Part shown: in pieces, positions 62,170 through 64,000 of the stretch
Position numbering within the stretch: the stretch's first letter is position 1
How the letters are laid out: each line of letters begins with the position of its first letter
Notes under the pieces: model-generated
Told to the model about the DNA's origin: nothing
Databases searched by the model: none
What the model saw: only the letters and a program-made list of their open reading frames with translations
Position numbers and translations under genes: made by a program
Virus record (IMG/VR): IMGVR_UViG_3300008450_000020
Span: 9,622 to 73,621 of that record
Strand: one strand, 5' to 3'
From: a virus
DNA: 64,000 nt

Positions 62170-64000
62170 ATGACTACTACTGTCAACGTAACAATTAAAG
62201 CTATCGATCAGTTTAATAATCCAATTTCTAATGCAGAGATTTTTATTAAATTGAATCGTTTAGAAGTCGTAGCCGACTCTGGGTATATGTTCCCTGAACG
62301 CATAGGCGTAGTTGCAAATAATTTAGGTGTGGCTGTAGTAGCTCTTGTACCTAATTTCTTTGGTTCAACTGAGAGCCAGTATGAGTTTCATATTAAAAAT
62401 CCTGCTACAGGCAATATTCAAAAGATTGTGGCAACGATCCCTAATAATGATTGTGAGCTGCATACCGTAGCTGAGTTGCCTGCATACGAAGGTAAGACAG
62501 ATGGACAGCTTGCTATTGAAGAAGCTGTTGCTGCTGTAGCTCCTGCTATTGAAGCTAAGTTACTGGCTCAAGCTGCTGCCGAAGAAGCTCAAGGGTATGC
62601 CGAGATAGCCTCATCTGTTGCTGGTTTTAATATCACAATCGGTAGTGTTACTGAAGGGGATGTCGCAGCTACAGTAACAGGCACTTTACCTAATAAGGTA
62701 TTAAATCTGGTTTTGCCTAGAGGTGTTCAAGGGGTGCAGGGTATTCAAGGTATTCAGGGCACTCAAGGCATACAAGGGATTAAAGGTGATACAGGAAACC
62801 AAGGCATCCAAGGTATTCAAGGGGAAGACGGTATTCAGGGTGCCCAAGGTATCCAAGGTATTAAAGGGGATATTGGAAATACTGGAGCTCAAGGTCAGCA
62901 AGGGATTAGTGCGTACCAAGTAGCAGTAAATGCTGGTTACGTTGGTACGGAGTCTGCTTGGATATTATCTCTCAAAGGTGAAACGGGAAATACTGGGATA
63001 CAAGGTATTCAAGGTATCAAGGGTGACACTGGCGATACAGGAATTCAAGGTAATCAAGGCATACAGGGAATTCAAGGGATTCAGGGCATACAAGGTATTC
63101 CCGGAACCAATGGAACTGATGGAACCAGTTTTACTGTTGATGCTACTGGTACACTTGCTAATAAATCTGCCTATGATTCTGAAGCAGCGGGCTTCTCTTA
63201 CTTAGCTACTGATACAGGTAATCTTTATATTCGTCAAGGAGGCTCTGGTTGGTCTGCTCCTATTCCTTTTGGTAAAGGCGAAACTGGTGAACAAGGTATT
63301 CCAGGTATCAACGGTACTAATGGAATTAATGGCATAAATGGTACTGATGGCGTAGATGGCAGTAATGGTTTAAGTGCTTATCAAATAGCTGTCAATGGAG
63401 GTTACTCAGGCAATGAAGCAGCTTGGATACTTTCTTTGAAAGGGGTCAAAGGTGACACAGGGGATATCGGTTTAACAGGTAACACAGGTGCTGCAGGGGT
63501 AGATGGGGATGATGGCTTATCTGCATACCAGATCGCAGTCAATAGCGGTTTCTCTGGTAATCAATCTCAATGGCTTGCTTCTCTTGTAGGTGCTGCAGGA
63601 GCTAACGGTATTGATGGTACAAATGGAGTAGATGGGGCTGCAGGTACAACCCTGTGGTCAGGTATTACCGATAAACCTGTATTTGCTGCTGTAGCTACTT
63701 CTGGTTCAAAAGCTGATGTTGGTTTAGGTAATGTTGACAATACTTCAGATGCAAATAAGCCAGTAAGTACTGCTCAAGCTACTGCAGATGCTCTGGTAGC
63801 TTCTAATGCTGCAAGTGATGCTACGACTAAAGCAAATACAGCTCAAGCTAATGCTATTGCTGCAAGTACTCCTATTGCTCACGTAGGATCAGGAGGCTCT
63901 GCTCATGCAAATGTGGTGGCTTCCGGTGCTGCAGGTTTTATGACTGGTGTAGATAAGGCTAAACTTGATGGTGTGGCTTCTGGTGCAAATAACTACACCC
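62170..64000 (+). CDS. Collagen-like tail fibre protein, truncated at window edge
   Basis: Not in ORF track because it is open at the edge. ATG 62170 (GGAG RBS), MTTTVNVTIKA...; G-I-Q repeats, three SAYQ(V/I)AVN.G..G....W..SL spacers, VGLGNVDNTSDANKPVSTAQ. Confidence 0.9.
   Translation, partial: MTTTVNVTIKAIDQFNNPISNAEIFIKLNRLEVVADSGYMFPERIGVVANNLGVAVVALVPNFFGSTESQYEFHIKNPATGNIQKIVATIPNNDCELHTVAELPAYEGKTDGQLAIEEAVAAVAPAIEAKLLAQAAAEEAQGYAEIASSVAGFNITIGSVTEGDVAATVTGTLPNKVLNLVLPRGVQGVQGIQGIQGTQGIQGIKGDTGNQGIQGIQGEDGIQGAQGIQGIKGDIGNTGAQGQQGISAYQVAVNAGYVGTESAWILSLKGETGNTGIQGIQGIKGDTGDTGIQGNQGIQGIQGIQGIQGIPGTNGTDGTSFTVDATGTLANKSAYDSEAAGFSYLATDTGNLYIRQGGSGWSAPIPFGKGETGEQGIPGINGTNGINGINGTDGVDGSNGLSAYQIAVNGGYSGNEAAWILSLKGVKGDTGDIGLTGNTGAAGVDGDDGLSAYQIAVNSGFSGNQSQWLASLVGAAGANGIDGTNGVDGAAGTTLWSGITDKPVFAAVATSGSKADVGLGNVDNTSDANKPVSTAQATADALVASNAASDATTKANTAQANAIAASTPIAHVGSGGSAHANVVASGAAGFMTGVDKAKLDGVASGANNYT
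62722..63650 (+). repeat. Gly-X-Y coding repeats (GGTATTCAA-like)
   Basis: Several tracts of 9-bp imperfect repeats encoding GIQ/GTN/GIN. Confidence 0.85.

Noticed and set aside
62701-63205. Short ORFs listed in the track within the collagen region
   Set aside because: Out-of-frame readings of Gly-X-Y repeats; the real CDS starts at 62170 and runs off the window.

Overview
The window is about 64 kb of an N4-like podophage genome (Schitoviridae), in reverse orientation and circularly permuted relative to N4. It has the N4 hallmark set: a 3,595-aa virion RNA polymerase, a split T7-like RNAP II with a gp2-like coactivator, a family-A DNA polymerase (truncated at the left edge), helicase, primase, gp42 nuclease, gp44 NTPase, SSB, terminase, portal, scaffold, major capsid and gp51-55/gp67 virion genes. 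A separate tail-fibre module runs off the right edge. The physical genome ends probably lie near 24.1-24.5 kb. Five hairpin vRNAP promoters between 20.9 and 24.2 kb point leftward into the early genes. The most striking unexplained feature is a tandem array of 11 small, highly divergent genes between the two RNAP II subunit genes (16.25-19.6 kb). All 11 carry the same C-terminal helix motif ([LIVF]-P-x-x-h-K-A-h-h-x-L-h), which suggests a 'variable head + common docking tail' adaptor/effector repertoire. Other oddities: a mini-ClpX lacking the ClpP-docking loop, an ~86-aa capsid insertion, a heptad-expanded gp54, a small protein carrying the scaffold's MSDE(D/E)F motif, and two HTH paralogues resembling an Oxalobacteraceae family. 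All annotations come from motif recognition by eye; no searches were run.
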